DNA from: Squalus acanthias
Taxonomy: Eukaryota
DNA length: 64,000 bases
Assembly: GCA_030390025.1 (NCBI GenBank)
Contig: CM059427.1
Span: 22,568,001 to 22,632,000, forward strand
Direction of reading: 5' to 3'
Shown here piece by piece: positions 13,586 through 28,289 of the stretch. The notes under the pieces were generated by a model, which had not been told where the DNA came from, searched no databases, and saw only the letters and a program-made list of their open reading frames with translations. Position numbers and translations under genes: made by a program. Positions within the stretch are counted from its first letter, which is position 1; each line of letters opens with the position of its first letter.

Positions 13586-15160
13586 TGCGGGTATGGAAAA
13601 AATACTTCTATGCATACAAACAGCACACAGCTAGATATAGGGTTAGATGTGGTTGTGGGAGCTGTGCTATGCGGCCATAGATATAAATATGCAAGTTGAT
13701 TGATTGTGATTGAGATCATATGTGACGTTATGAATTTTGAATGATATAACAGTTCAGAAATCATGATGTTGTTGACTTTTATGTTCTATAGTTCTCATGT
13801 TTGTGTATTCGATATTTATATGACAAATGATATAGTGAAAGAACCTGAAAATAATTAAGCTTCTAAATTTAAAACATTTGAATTATAAATTGTAACCAGT
13901 GCCCACACTAATACGTGTGGCTGGATAGGTTAAATATTGATAAATTACATGGCTAAATGAATGTGAGACGTTATCAATTGACCTTGGTGGTAACTGCGGT
14001 TAAAAGTAGGCTGCTTTTCAAGGAGATAGGTGTTGCACAAAAGTCAAAGTCAGATACTGCTTGCAGCCTCTTTTAACATATATATGTTCACGCAATTTAG
14101 ATTGTATCTTAGAAAAGACAGCACATGCTGCTGATTAATTATTACTTATTGTAGTTGTTTGCGTACATTGGGTCTCAGTTTCAGCGATTAGACTGCTTTA
14201 CGAAAATATTTTAAAAGTTCGTTTAGTTTCACTTTTTCTGGGTAGTCATAAAACAAAAAGGAGGCTCCATTGTACTCAACTTTCATAGAAGACGATGCAG
14301 ATTTTTTTGGGGGGGTGGGGTGGTTATGAGTTATAGCTTAGCATTAACACGGGCCAGACCGAAACACCTACACAATAGGGTGCTGTGTCCACTCGGTGTC
14401 GAAATGTGTCTTCTTTAATTAAAAAATGAATAATGACGAAATTATGCGGACTTTATCCATAATATGGATGCAACGGTGCTTGAGAATAGAATTATTTACA
14501 ACTGCAAAACTCGAAATCTTTTATTTTGGAATATTCATTGTTTTGTTGGGTATTTTACCATAGAATTTAGGTGGCATGAATAGATTTCAATTCTGGATTG
14601 ATAAACAACATATATTATTATTCTATACAAACGTCAACCGTTGTAACATGATTTCGAGTATTTTAAGCATATAACTAAATGTGGCAAAACTGTATTTTAT
14701 GGCCAATTTGTGCAGAAATAATTTAGTGGGGATCTTAATGCAAATGTTGGAAGATGAATGCCTGGGAGTGTTTCTGAACGTTTTCTTTATTCAAGCAGCA
14801 AAGAAAGGGAAGCGGGACCACATTGAGTTGAAAATGAGCAAAGTTTGAAGCCGAGTAAATCAACAACTTCTATGTTCTGTCATCAGAGATAAAGTGTAAA
14901 AGTGCGGGGACCGGAGAAAAGTGGAGCTTGGTGGCGCCACGCTTTCCACTAAAATCCGCATCTCTTGCAAATGGATGCAGAAGTTGCCACATGCAGAAAT
15001 TGGAGTAGTTCATACGTGAGAACCTATTTCAACTGGCTTTAACTAGATGGTGTCTGTGTTAAAACACATAGAAAAGGCGAAGGGTAGGATTTAGTCCAAA
15101 AGGTCAAGGGTTTAGAGGTCAGTCCTCCAGGCTGAAATACAGCTAATCGAATAGAAAATT

Positions 15161-15177
15161 TGTCCTCTTGGTGAACC
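15161..15177 (-). promoter_or_regulatory. HoxD4 3' neural-enhancer DR5 RARE
   Basis: Minus strand GGTTCA-CCAAG-AGGACA, about 2.5 kb 3' of the HoxD4 stop. Same form as the known Hox4 3' RARE. Confidence 0.85.
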
Positions 15178-17669
15178 TGTTTCTACAGTTTAGCCGAACT
15201 TCAGTAAAATACCTTTTCAGCTTCTCAACATGAAGGCGTCAGAAAAGGACATCTTTGCTACGCGTGAACCTTAGCGTTTTGTACTGGAGACAATGATTTA
15301 AATGGTATAGAGAATATCACTCATTTATAATATCAAGACGTGGATATATTATAGTAATGTCATGTGCAAGTCTGAGAACTACACGGCTTACCCTATAAAG
15401 AACAAAGAATCGTGGAATTCGCCTTTTCAAACAGACCATGTCCAGCTAAGCCAGCTGCAAGCTTGCAGGGCAGGGAAGGGACAGGAAAAAGAGCTGCACC
15501 GCCAACTTACTTTTGTTACTGAATGCTGCAAAAACGGGTTGAACATCGAAATTCCTGGGAAATAAATTTTCTTAACTTCTTGTATCTTGACAGAATTTTG
15601 GCATTGCCATCTAAATTGCTGTGTGATTGCAAATAATGATTTCCTAGAGTGTTGGTTTGGCTCGGTTTCCTTTTAGTGGATTAGATAGAACATTAACACG
15701 AACCCCTCCGGACTTTTTCCCTTTGCATTCATTTTCTACCAATAGCTTTAATTATTTTGAGGCAATATTGTGGATACACGTCATCTTTTTTATAAAACTC
15801 TAATTTTGCAGGTGAAAGAAATAAAACGGCCTAAATTTAATACACCTATTTTGTTCGTGGTTTTAAAAATGCGTGGGCCGATAACCGTCAATTGTAATCA
15901 CACAACTAAATACAACATCGTTCCCCAATCTTTGCTTTCATGTCTATCATAAATTAGGGGAAAGCGCTTCATGGTGAGGAGGCTGTACTTCCAAAGATTG
16001 GACATTTCCTCAAAAATCGTACATTAAATGAACCCAGAAGGGCTTTGTGAGAATTAAAAATATAATTATATATTTAGTTTATGGGGTTAACAGTATCATG
16101 GGAACAGTAAGTAGGTATGTTGTAATATCTATTTAGCTCTTCCTTTGTAACACAACGGGGACTTTATTCCGTTTAAAACATCTGGATATCCTACAATGAA
16201 TGACCGTTTTAAAGCTTTGCATAAAGGAACTGAGTGCGAAATCTCCATTACATACCAATGTGCCACTGATTGATATCGTGAGAATGTTGGCACAGCACAT
16301 CGAATCTTGTATTTCAGGAAGTTCTGACTCGTTTTGTCTGGTTGTAACATAACATTAGCTTCCTTAAAACTGCCAGAAACAAGAATCTTCAGCAATTTGT
16401 GTTTAGGTGTAAATTACCTAATTGAAGAGACTCTCGGCTATTGTCCTTGCCCCTCTAAATCAACCACCAGTGTGTCTTTACAGATTAATAGGTTGGAAAA
16501 ACGAAAAGGGCTCTTCACAAAACAAAATATACACTGTGTAGACCGTTTTCTGTTTCTAAACTGTGTACCGTGTCGTATTGTTGTTCGCTCATCCGTTCTG
16601 GAAAAAATCGAAAGGAAACACATTCCCACTTGTAATACTAAACGTTCACAGATTGGTGTAACCAGCTTACTCATTTATCAACCAACAAACCGAGAAACAG
16701 AGTTTAACAAGCGCCCTGAACACAAAGTACTTTTGCAATATTCCACGAAGCACATTTCTCTTTCAGAAATCTTGCTTTAGACAACGTCGGTTGCTGTCTT
16801 CGGATATTTGATATTGAACAGCAGATCACTGGATTTTTGGCAATTTGCATTCTTACAGAAAACGATGATATGTAGGGTCTCTTTTCATGGCATTTGTTCA
16901 CGACAGCATCGCAACATGAGCTGTAGTCATATATAAGAATGCATACCCAGATACCAAAAAGGAAAACTACTCACGCTATTCAGCTTGTTACTACTAAATT
17001 TATTTTTGAACTTTAGTAGTGCGCACGAATTTTGGTATCGTTCTTGAACATAAAAATGTATGCAATCTTGCATTGTAGACTTGTAACAATAATCCATCCA
17101 GCAGCACAATTACAAATACCATTTTCTCATTTTAAATAAAGAAACCACAAAACACTGTCTAATTCCTGATCACTATAAATCTCGAATATCAACACAATAT
17201 ACACAAAGAGATGGAATCGCAAAAATACACATTACAAGCAAAAATAGTTGTGGAAATAAGAAATTCCCACAACAAATCACTCAGCCTTCATTATAAAATA
17301 AAAAGACCATGAACAAGCGTCGCAGCCTTTCATTTTCATGCTAGCAGACTACACATGTACCTGGAGTGTACACCTCACCATGTCTTCACGACTTAGTGCC
17401 TCGCACTTGTTAAGGTTACTAAGGTGTGCTGTATGGTAAGAATAGCCACTGACTAGATTTGCAATCGTTTCAGCTGCAGCTAAGGTGACTTACTCCTTTT
17501 TGTTTCATTTCCTACATTTAAGAACAAGGTGACGGCATAAGATAAGGTCCCTTCAATGCCATAAAAAATCAGCAGGAAAGCACCTACAAGCCATGTTATC
17601 GGTACATGCAATTTCTGCCTGGAAATGTCTCATTATATACACTTAAAGAGCCACTTATAAGATTTCCTT

Positions 17670-17977
17670 CTATAAACTTGTGAGGTCTGTTTGTTGGTCC
17701 TTGGAAACAGTTTGTGACTGTTGATTGGAAGCAGAAGAACTAGACGATCTGGTCTTAGTGTTGGGCAGTTTGTGATCTTTTTTCCACTTCATTCTTCTGT
17801 TCTGAAACCAAATTTTGATCTGGCGTTCGGAAAGACATAAAGTGTGGGCTATTTCAATACGACGTCGTCTTGTCAGATACCTGTTAAAATGGAATTCCTT
17901 TTCCAGTTCTAAAACCTGCTGCCTTGTGTAGGCAGTTCGTGAACGTTTTGGTTCCCCTCCAGTGTAATTAGGATTCA
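17670..17977 (-). CDS. HOXD4: Hox-D4 exon 2 (homeodomain)
   Basis: Acceptor TTTTTCAG|. [75 protein letters not shown]...DLTSL*. Spliced product 239 aa. Confidence 0.97.
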
Positions 17978-18231
17978 CTGAAAAACAAAACAATTCAAAA
18001 ACCATTCAAATCTGAACCTAAAGTTTGTCAGCCGCTTCCACTATGCAATCCTAAAAGCAACGTCTGCTGTTACACTGCACTGTAACAGTACCCCTGGTAA
18101 GAAGTTCAAATATATATTATTACTAAGGACCACTTTAAAGTTCTTTCCGAATCAGAGATATAACATGTCCCTGTTACTCTCAGGCTCGAGTTTTCACATG
18201 GAGTCAGCCACATGGCCAGCGGCCTATTTCC

Positions 18232-18295
18232 TCAGCAATAAAAATTTATGATGGGTGTAATTGCCGGTCTTTTTAAAAACCGCTCATAAATCCTC
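18232..18295 (-). promoter_or_regulatory. Hox4 intronic HB-1-type homeodomain-binding element
   Basis: TTTATGA...CAATTACACCCATCATAAATTTTTATTG cluster in the intron, as conserved in paralogy-group-4 introns. Confidence 0.75.
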
Positions 18296-18398
18296 CTTTG
18301 AAGGAGTTATTTACGGTAGACCGATACCAATGGGTCACAAATATTTGCCAGGGGTGGCGATGCAGGGGGGTGCGGGGACACCAAAAAGTGGACCTTAC

Positions 18399-18810
18399 CC
18401 GTGTTAACGTGGATTTTCTTCATCCAAGGATAAACCACTGCTGGCTGTTTGGTTGCTGTGCCGTTTTGGTTCTTTGCATTATGTTGCTGCTGGCTGCAAG
18501 GCCGGGCTATGGACACTTGGAGCGGTGCAACGGGCTCCCCCTGCCCTGTGAGGTGGTTCTGAGGAGCGGGCTGTGCCTGCACATGACCCCTCTGCTGCAC
18601 TGGAGAGCCCCGAGCGTTGCTGCAGCTGTACGACTGGCCGCTGTAGTTTGACCGTGGATAGATTCCTTGGTGCTGAAAATCAGAGTCCTGCGACTGGCTG
18701 TAATACTCTGAGCATTGGTCAGGTATGTAGTTATTTTGCGAGTATTCCTCGCAAGGAGGAAATTTGGGATCCACATATTTAGAGTTCATCAAATACGAAC
18801 TCATGGTCAT
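18399..18810 (-). CDS. HOXD4: Hox-D4 exon 1
   Basis: [25 protein letters not shown]...[13 protein letters not shown], donor G|GTAAGG, phase 1. Confidence 0.97.
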
Positions 18811-18935
18811 TAATTTCTGAAGGTGGAAAATACTAATTTTTCTCGAGTTGTCTTTTTTCCCGTTCCATAAAGCCCTCCTACTTGCTGTCAACTGAATAAA
18901 GTTAGTCACCCATGTGACTGTACGAGCCAATGGCA
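18811..18935 (-). promoter_or_regulatory. HoxD4 proximal promoter / conserved 5' leader
   Basis: CCATTGGCT...GTCACATGG...TTTATTCAGTTGACAG...GAAATTAATG, a CCAAT box plus E-box cassette typical of Hox4. Confidence 0.7.
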
Positions 18936-20185
18936 GAGTCGGGCCCGATTCCCGGATAAGGAAACAGCTAATGACAATTTTTTACAAACTTCGTCCAGAA
19001 AACCATGATTTAAAAAATAAAATAAAAACGGCAACGTCTTTAATTTTTTCCAGAGGTCACTAAATATTCGAATTAGTTTCCGGAAAATGCGTATAATAGC
19101 GGTTTCCATTTGGAGAGAATAATGATCACTCACTGAGCGCTCGAATATTGCTCAGGTAATTTGCTCTTTTGTCCAAAGAGAATTTTCCACCATTCCTTGC
19201 CGCTTTTCACATAAATCAAGGATAGAGAAGGCATTCGGCCTGTTTGTATGTTTTTGTTGTTGTTTTCGCCCGAGAGCAGTATGACAATAGCGAGGGTACT
19301 TGGAGAGACGGCTGGCAATCCAACGTACGCAGGGTGACAAAGGAAGCATCCCGTTAGCCACAAAAAGGAATAACGGAGCTGAGGAAAATAATTACAGCCA
19401 TTACAGATGCAGGAAGGTCTTTTGGACAAAGTTATTCAAAGGCAAACATGGTCTACTCCCGATAAAGTCAGAACAAGGCATTCAGGGTCACACAGAGCAC
19501 TTTACACGTGTTGCTTAAGGACATTGTAAGGTCAAAAATACTTTGCTCTGAAAGTTCAATAATTTGGAAGAGTAGAATATAAGTTTTATATCCGTTGGCC
19601 TTGCCTCTCATTTGCAAACGTTTATGCTCCAATCTCTTCACAATTCGTTTTCCTCTTCTCACATCGTACCACCTATTATCTCTTTAAACTAACGCAATAA
19701 CGCATTTCTAACTCTTTTATTTGTAAAATGTACAATTCGGTTTGTAAGTTTTAAGCAAAGACGTTATCTAGTTCGATTTAATTCAGAAGCAACGTAAGTT
19801 GGTCAAACGCGGTACAGAACCGTAAGCCAATCTTTGTAGATAATTTATCGCCATCGCCATGGAAACAGGCAGCATTCAGAAAGAAATACTTAAGTTTCAG
19901 TAATCTTATATTTCCGGAGAGTAAATCCAGAAGTTTCGAAACGACTACATTCTGACTACTGATCAGTAAATCAACACGTTAAGCATCATATTTAGATTGC
20001 AAAGGATAGCTGAAATAAGCCATTCAATTCTGAGCGGCGGGATTTAAAAGTCTTCTGCTCAATATTGAAGACTGGATTCAATAAAAAACAGGCCATTCCT
20101 CAGCAAATCATTGAGTATTATTTAGAACTAAATCAGTCTAAGCAGTAAAAGCCACGAAGAGCAAATTGCTGATTTTCGTAGTGTT

Positions 20186-20272
20186 GGCATCGACCATATA
20201 CTCCCCTAGAAACGAATCTGTGACCGAATCATCACACAAATTCGGTTCTACAGGGTATATATAGACGACGGG
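20186..20272 (-). ncRNA. MIR10B: mir-10b precursor hairpin
   Basis: Mature TACCCTGTAGAACCGAATTTGTG at 20257-20235 and complementary 3p arm ACAGATTCGTTTCTAGGGGAG. Canonical position 5' of Hox4. Confidence 0.97.
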
Positions 20273-21914
20273 TTACAAACCAATTCGGCGACTAATTCCA
20301 AAATGGAAAAGTAGTTTAAAAAGCTGCAGTTCCAAGCTAGCCCCAAAGAGTTAATGACGTGTAATATTAATAAATAAGAAAATAAAATCCAGGCAAAGCG
20401 TTTGTTAAATAATGTAATTGTTTGGCCATTGAAAAATAATAGAAGTCGTTTCCTTATAGCTGGTAGGTGGTAGCAAACATTTATATTTGCATTGTTCGGC
20501 AGTGGGAGCAACATGGATCAGCGTGCAGAGCTGGTTTGTGCATACAGTCTACAAGGCAGAAGTTACTATTTGTTACTGTGTTTATGAACCCTTCGTATTT
20601 CACAGAGATTTTATAGGAAACAGTTTGTACCGATCCGCTCCAGCTAACATTACTAAGTGCCCCAGCGTGAATCAATAATTGCTCCAGATGCTAATAATTT
20701 GAACTCACCACTAACAAACCGCAGGATGTTATAACAAATATCACCCGGCCTAAACAATTCCTAAATCTAATCAAATACAATTTATACATGATAGCACAAA
20801 TATTGGTTTATTCCAAAGCGTTTTCCACTCATTGTTACTTTCATAAAATGATAGCAGCCCAGGAAAATAACGATTGTTTGTTCTATTCTAATCTCTCCCA
20901 TTTCCTAGGAGCTGGATCAAATAATACTGTCGGCAGTATACTTCAAAATCTCATTATACCACCAGTCAATTGGATTGTCATATGCAGGGCCAAAAATATA
21001 CAATTTAATCTGCCAGCTAATCAGGATTCCCTTTGCCTCGAACATGTCTAAGGTGGTTTCTAAACTCTAGTGCATTGCAGGTTCCTTACTTTGCTGTCCC
21101 CACTGTCCCTGCAGTGCCACCGCGTTGTGTGTTAAAGGCTGAAGGGCACGGGGTCAGGCTGAAATCATTTACAAACACCTCGGAAAGTTGCATTATAATT
21201 TTCACTTTAGCGACCGCCACACGCTGAACCTTTGCTAAGCGTGTGAACCTTTCCGAACTAACTCTTCAGCTAAGCTTACAGTAATTCTATCCTTAACTCT
21301 GTAGTTAAAAAAAACAGACACACGAGAGGCAGGCTGAGAACAATTATAAACGTACGCCAACGAAAATGAGTAAGTTTGTTCGACAATACAAAGATTACAC
21401 TTCAATGTTTTGAGATGCATTGATTAACAATGTAACACTGAAGCTGGACTTTTTGACACTAAACGGTATCTTCACTTGTTTATTTCTCTGCTGTTTCTGT
21501 CGAGTACAACAGACAAAGGTTTCGGGTTATCTACGTTTTATTGCAGAGCAGCCAAACTAATCCTCTACAAATGTTCAATCTCATATTTAATATCTCAGTA
21601 AGTTGATGTTTTGATTATTTTACTTTTGTAAAACATCCATAACGTCGCTAAAAGTTTGATCTGATTTACCTGTGATTTTTTTTTTCGTTTACCCCAGTGC
21701 ATTAGGAAAGAAAAGAGCTAAACAGTTTTCGACAACCAATGGCGCCAACGAAAGCACCAGCAGTGAATTCTGCTTTTAAAAGCCTTTTTGCAAAGAAAAT
21801 ACCAGATATCGTTACATCATCCGATAATTCGAAAGCCAAATCTCTTTACAGTTCAAATTATCGCACATTGTGAAGCTGATTGGTGCTACACATTTTAATA
21901 TTTGTTAGACGCTG

Positions 21915-21931
21915 TGACCTGCATTTCACCT
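21915..21931 (-). promoter_or_regulatory. HoxD4 5' DR5 RARE
   Basis: Minus strand AGGTGA-AATGC-AGGTCA, matching the known HOXD4 upstream RARE. About 3.1 kb 5' of the ATG. Confidence 0.9.
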
Positions 21932-24900
21932 TACTGCTCGACTCGTTCAGACAGGTCAATGCCAAAGAGTTATTGATGAACAAACCCGATTAAAATTCAC
22001 CTCTTTTTTTAACTGCCCACACAAGTGCTGCGACTTTTGATCTAGCAGATTTTGACCTAGAGAATGTCAATGCAAAGTAAGTGTTTGGGAAGTGAACCCT
22101 ATATTTATTCATAGATTCAGTGGTTCAATGAAAGCTATTATTGTCATCAGTCTGCTAAGGGCTTTCCTACGTATAAAAACAACGATTTTAAAAACAAAAT
22201 TGAATTTTTAAAAAGTTCACCTTTCTAGTGACCCAGAAAGCCAGTTTCTTGCAGAAGTCCGCTCAGTTTAAGCAAGACTGTTTTGCTTTTCAGTAGCAAT
22301 TGCCCTTGATTATTTATCAACGCCTAAAGATTCACATTGTAAAACTTAGTGCTGAAACGAAGGATCCATGGCGCTGGTCCATTGCTTTGCGAATACCGGT
22401 TAAACATTATCTGGATCTATTTAAAGTGAGTCCTTGTTTGACATTTATCTCGTGGCATAGTATGCTATTACTTGGAGGACAATAGTGTCGGATATTGTGT
22501 ATAAAGATAGACTAGTATCTGTGAATGTTTGCATTTGATAACCTAGCAGTGATTATAATTATCTGAAGTGAAGGAGCAATAGTAGACCTAAGGTGAAAAG
22601 AAACATGTACAGTCCCTGGTGTAGAGAAGACAGAATCTGAACATTTGTATTATTGGCTTGTGATAGCCAAATAGTAATCCAAATCGATGTTTTACAGTCC
22701 CTTTGAAATGGTAAGGTTTGAACCTTTCTAATTTGACGTGTGGCATTATCGGTTTTGGCTACTTTGATATTGCTAGCTTTCCCTTAAATGTACAATTTTA
22801 AAATAATAGCGTCAAATTATCCTCGTGAACCTATTAATAAAGCATTTCATTTACTGTATCTTTCATAGTTAACAAATGACAAGAAACTACTGAAAAATGC
22901 TCCCATTTAAAAAGTAACGAAATTTTACAATAAGTAATATATGCTTTTAATGAATAATTATTCTACCAACGACCTGGCCAACCTTTACAAAACTCACTAT
23001 GAAATCATAAAAGGCAAGCCTAGCCAATAGATAATACAAGAAAAGAAATACTGTGGTTTAGTTAAACGAATAGTTCATTTGATGCTGTGGCAGCCACAAG
23101 GCTTGATTTTTGGCCTACATGTTTACAGTGGCTGTAATATCTGGAGAGCTTTTAATATTTGCTTTATCCAACATGCCTCTGTTGACTCATTAAGAGTACA
23201 CTTTAAATATCTACTATAATTATTGCCACGTCATTCGCCAAAGCGTTTTTACAGATGTTGTTGAAACCGGAACAATAACTTTCCTCCAAATGACCTTTTA
23301 GAGATACAGCCTTGCACTGGGAGGCGCTGTGTTGTGCATTGCCAGTTCAAAATAACAAGCCAGCTAAATCTGACCCTGGATCTACACTGTCACAGTTAAT
23401 TAGAGTTAAGCACAATTATATTTTAACTGATTTTACTCTGTACCTATAAGGATCCTATTCCTTTCAGGGAAATTGAATGTAACAACATCATTTCTCCCAC
23501 ATCATTATACAAATTAAACAGAGTATCACAAAGAACGCAAGCTGCACACAACAATTACTACTAGAATCATTTCAGAATCCAAGCTACTGCTCCCTTTAGA
23601 CCCACAATCTGACAATCTCATTTTCCATATAAACCACATTCGAAACAACCAACCGCTTCCAACTATTGTCCATATTGTTAAGAAATAACACATAGCTACT
23701 TACTGAAGCGCCTCCTCCATTCTGCCAGATCTGCAATAAAATTAAAAAAACAAAGTTAGATTCAACAGTTTAGACTAAGTGAATCACAGAATAAAGATAG
23801 CATTCAGTACAAAATAAACGCACATGTGCACTTTCTGATCCAAACTAATATTAAAGTAACTGAAATGTTGTTAACTTCATCTTTAAGAGTTCAGGTACGT
23901 GGTCGTCATAATTTTATTTTCAAAGTCAAAGATTTTCACTGTGATCCACAACGTAACTTATGCTACCATTAGAACTGCGGGTCTGTATTTTTATAGTGCA
24001 GCATTTTAAGCAAAAATTCGATCATTTATATACTGCGAAGTTTATTTTTGCCCTACTAATTAACGTGGCACTACCAGTTTCTCTTTACGTTGTTTAAGAA
24101 TAGGAAACCCCATGCAATGATATATTCTATGTAAACTGTTATTTCAACACTGGTTTTAGACTGTCCTAGCCGTTAACAGTGTCTGACAATGTACATTTTA
24201 ATCTTCTTTTATGAGTTAATGTGACCATTGATTGAACTTTTAAAATAATTCTATATGAATAAAATGTCGATTTGTAATGAGAAGCGACATTAATAAAAAG
24301 TCCTCTGTCGGCCGTAATCCATTCACAAACAGTTTCTTGTACAACTTGGCACATCGTTTTTCTACGTGTTCTGTTTGTTATTCTTGTCAGTTGCAGATTT
24401 TATTGAAAATTTATAGCAGAAAAAGCTTGCACTCGCGGTGATGCTCTACCTCGTTAACTTCGAAGAATTTCCAAATCTTTATATTTTTCTCTTATTAAAT
24501 ATAGTTTTAAAATTATCCATTAAACTGATGTTGGTGGAAAAGGTCATTATGCGCCAGATTTTTTTCTTTTTAAAGAAACTCTGATTATTTATAGGTGTAT
24601 AGCTCTTATTTTCAGTCTTCAGTGTAAACATTCTTCATCTCAGCTTTTTGGGGTGAGCCTGCCCCGTGTCGTGTTTGATATTTATTCAATCTTTATTGCT
24701 GTGAATATGGGGATTTGGGATCCTATCTTACACTGTTTATGATTTAACAGTCTTCTCGCTCTCTCTCTTTAAACCTTACCATGGCATTCTACGTTTCATG
24801 TAACATTTGTGTAGGCCATAAGTAAATTCAACGTGTAACAGAAACAATACGGCTAGCTTATTTCGTATTGCATCACTATCTGCGAGACACAAAAATAGTT

Positions 24901-25848
24901 CAGTGAGAATTCCAAACTAGATCTCGCCAGCTGCAGTGAATGCTCTTACTGCACCTTTAACATTTAAGATGTTTTCTTTCAGCAGATATTTGGAGAAAAT
25001 GAAAGCTCGCCATTTTATACATTAAGCAGCACCTTGTTAGTCATTGTTCTATAATTCTAGTCCAAATTGTTACGAATGTGATCGATTAGAAAACCCTTGG
25101 GACTCTGAACAGAACCGTGACATCTATAACCGAACAGATTATTTAAAATGTTACAACCTCAGCAAATTAATATAGAGCAGGTTCAACAAAAGATATACAG
25201 AAGATTTTATTCTTCTATAAACGTGCAGAATCGTTTCTTAAATTATTTCATATCTTCCAGGTATTTTTTCAGCTAGTCTCGCAGATTATACAGAAACAAT
25301 TTGTATTCTGTACACAGCTTTGCTCCACCGAGCTCCGTTTTAAAAAAAATCGACTTTCAACGTATAAAATTGTTACATATTAGGAAGGGCTGTGTCGTTT
25401 ATATTTTTCAGAGCTGGCTTAATAAAATATTATTTCTAATACATGTGATTAAGCAGCATGAGAGCTACTTGTTTTTGTAAAGAACCCTACTTGCAGTTGC
25501 TTAAAATATCAGATAAAATCTATTCTTTATTTCTTCATTTTCTTTAATCTAACAGTTAAACACAATTATGAAGCACAACATTCTTCATGATTAAGCATTT
25601 GTAATTGTAGTTACAAATTTAGTAACATACTTAAAATATAATTTGTTTAGAATATTGCAATGTTATTTTGATAACTGAACATTATTTCACATTCATCATA
25701 ACAGCTAGTTGTTGAAATTGAACTCACGTCGTACTATCATTTCTTTTTTTTTTTGGCTGGCCAAGAAACAGTACATGCGCCCATGAGCCCCGAATGACAT
25801 CAGGTGTCACGCGTTCACCAGCCCTGTTACCGATTAGAAAGAACTTAC

Positions 25849-26140
25849 TTGCTGCTTTTCCAGCGCAAAGGTAGAAGCCACTAGGACACTGCCAATCCAT
25901 AGCGGTGGAACAGGACAGCTTGCTTCTTGGTGTCACTTTCCACAGACCCTCTCGAAAACACTAACCATCTGCACTTGTCTGCTCTTAACCTAATATATGA
26001 TGTGAATTATATTTTGGCTTGTCAACTCCCCTAACCATAAAACAAAGTTTAATGGCATCACGTGCCCCTCTACAGCCAGTCAGGACCTGGCTCTGTGGCG
26101 TCCATATAAATAACCCTTAAACTTTAAAACTTTTATTCAC
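25849..26140 (-). promoter_or_regulatory. Putative distal HoxD4/mir-10b promoter plus non-coding exon
   Basis: TGACTGGCT...GGCACGTGATGCCATTAAACTTTGTTTTATGG...TTGACAAG, with donors CAA|GTAAGT (25849/25848) and GAC|GTGAGT (25728/25727). Confidence 0.6.
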
Positions 26141-27649
26141 TAAAGACAGCCATGTTCATCGAAATGTGCTCTCAGTAATATAAAGCTAAACAACTGAGTA
26201 TGCAGAGGACGCGTGCCTTGGAGAATAAGTTATCTTTACTTTAAAACGCAGTCTGGGCATTTCTTATGCAACCACGGGGATCTATTAGATTTGGTAAGTG
26301 TAAATACACTACATGTATACGTGACCGATAGCTTGTGAGCGACAATGAAATAGAAATGGGTCGATTGAGAATACAAGCAAGGATTCCTTTTAACAGTTAC
26401 AGCTTCCTATGACTTTGTTTCCCTATTTCTGTCGCCTCAACAGTCTATTATTTCCTGCTGCTTTCGTCATAAATGCTGGGTACAAAAACATTCTCAGTGC
26501 AGTTATTCCTGCTAAATTATTCCATGCAATGGAAACTAATACGAAGTTGTTCATAAGCTCCATAGTTCTTCCAATCAAGTCCAACTAATGGATTTATATA
26601 TTTTCCCGAATATTTATAATGATAATAGCTATTAATAAAAGTATAAACTCGTATTATTCGTCCATTAGACAACAGTTTATCAAATTGTCTTTTGAAAATG
26701 AACGTGTCTGTAGTATAGGTGCTGAGGTTTCTGAAGTATGACTCATGTTCTTCTTAAAAAAGTTATTGGAATAAGTATCAGCTCGGCCAACAGTTCTTGC
26801 CAAAAATAATAAAAGTATTTTTTAATTCAGAAAGCGTTCAAAGAGGGTTCAGTCTAAGGAACTTTTATGAGTTCTGAAACATTGGGACCAGTATTTGGAG
26901 AACTCTGGTGTCAAACGAATAGAGGGCAAGTGCGAAAGTGAGATGGCATTTGGTTCTTTCACAAGTGACCAATTGTTCGTGCCTTTATACACCCATTGCA
27001 GCTAAAACACCAGGTGAAATCTTTATTGGTAAAACTGGGTTTATTTCAATGTTGTAGACAAAAACACCACTTCTTTCATTTACATAGGACAAAGGCAGAC
27101 ATTTAAACATTATATATGTACAGAATATACATGACAAGATATACCTGGGACCACAGCAACACTCGTGCCATAAACATTCCAAGCAATAATCAAACAAAAA
27201 AATCACCTTTGATGTAAAAAGAGATGAAAGAAATAATATTTATCTAAGTTTATAAAATCTTATTAAATTAGAGTCTTAGCGAAGCTATAATCCGGCATAG
27301 GATTTGTTTGTTCAGCAACCAGATATACAGCACAACTTCATTCTGTTCTCAGAGACAAATGGCTTGCTTGGCTACATTACGTCGGCTGACCTCTTTTTTT
27401 CTCTTACGATCTAAATTTAGGCATGGATGTTATCATCAATATATAAAAACATGATTTTAACATCTGTTGATGACAACTGATAAATTGTATTCTTTTCTTT
27501 ATAAATTGATGACAAGACGTTGAACCCACACGAGAACAACGTATTAACGTGTCTCATACAGGAGCATTTAATGTGGCCAAGCAAGCTTTCCTATTGCAAC
27601 TTAAAAGATCATCTGGATAGTAATATTAGAGCCAGTTAGGTGGAACCAG

Positions 27650-27901
<252 letters not shown>

Positions 27902-28289
27902 TTAAGAAAAAGTTAAAGATGCATTACTACACGCATCAATACAAACGAAAGTATGAAATCATACAGTTTCAGACAAATACGCCATAAGGTCTGTATCTAG
28001 AACAAAATGTTTAATTATTCAGATATATATGTTAAAATATTTTAAACATATTTTAAACTTCAACGGAAAGCGTTAAGATGCATAACATGGTACAGCTCCT
28101 GGCATAATTGCTATAATAATTCAAAGCAACAGTCTTATATTCCGATAGGATTCAAACTGCTGTACTTTTACAAATAGTCGTTATATACTTAGATCATGCT
28201 TGCTCAGTTATTTTGCTTCTTTATCTAAAAATTAATTCGATCAGGATTAAAATGTATGTCAAAAGGCAGAATGACGGCAGTGAGCGTAC

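Noticed and set aside
18811-18930. In-frame open extension upstream of HoxD4 (also D5 to 28887, D8 to 39511, D10 to 54499)
   Set aside because: The extensions checked (D4, D8) begin at TTG, and all run through recognisable promoter or leader motifs. The conserved MSSY/MSCP starts are preferred.
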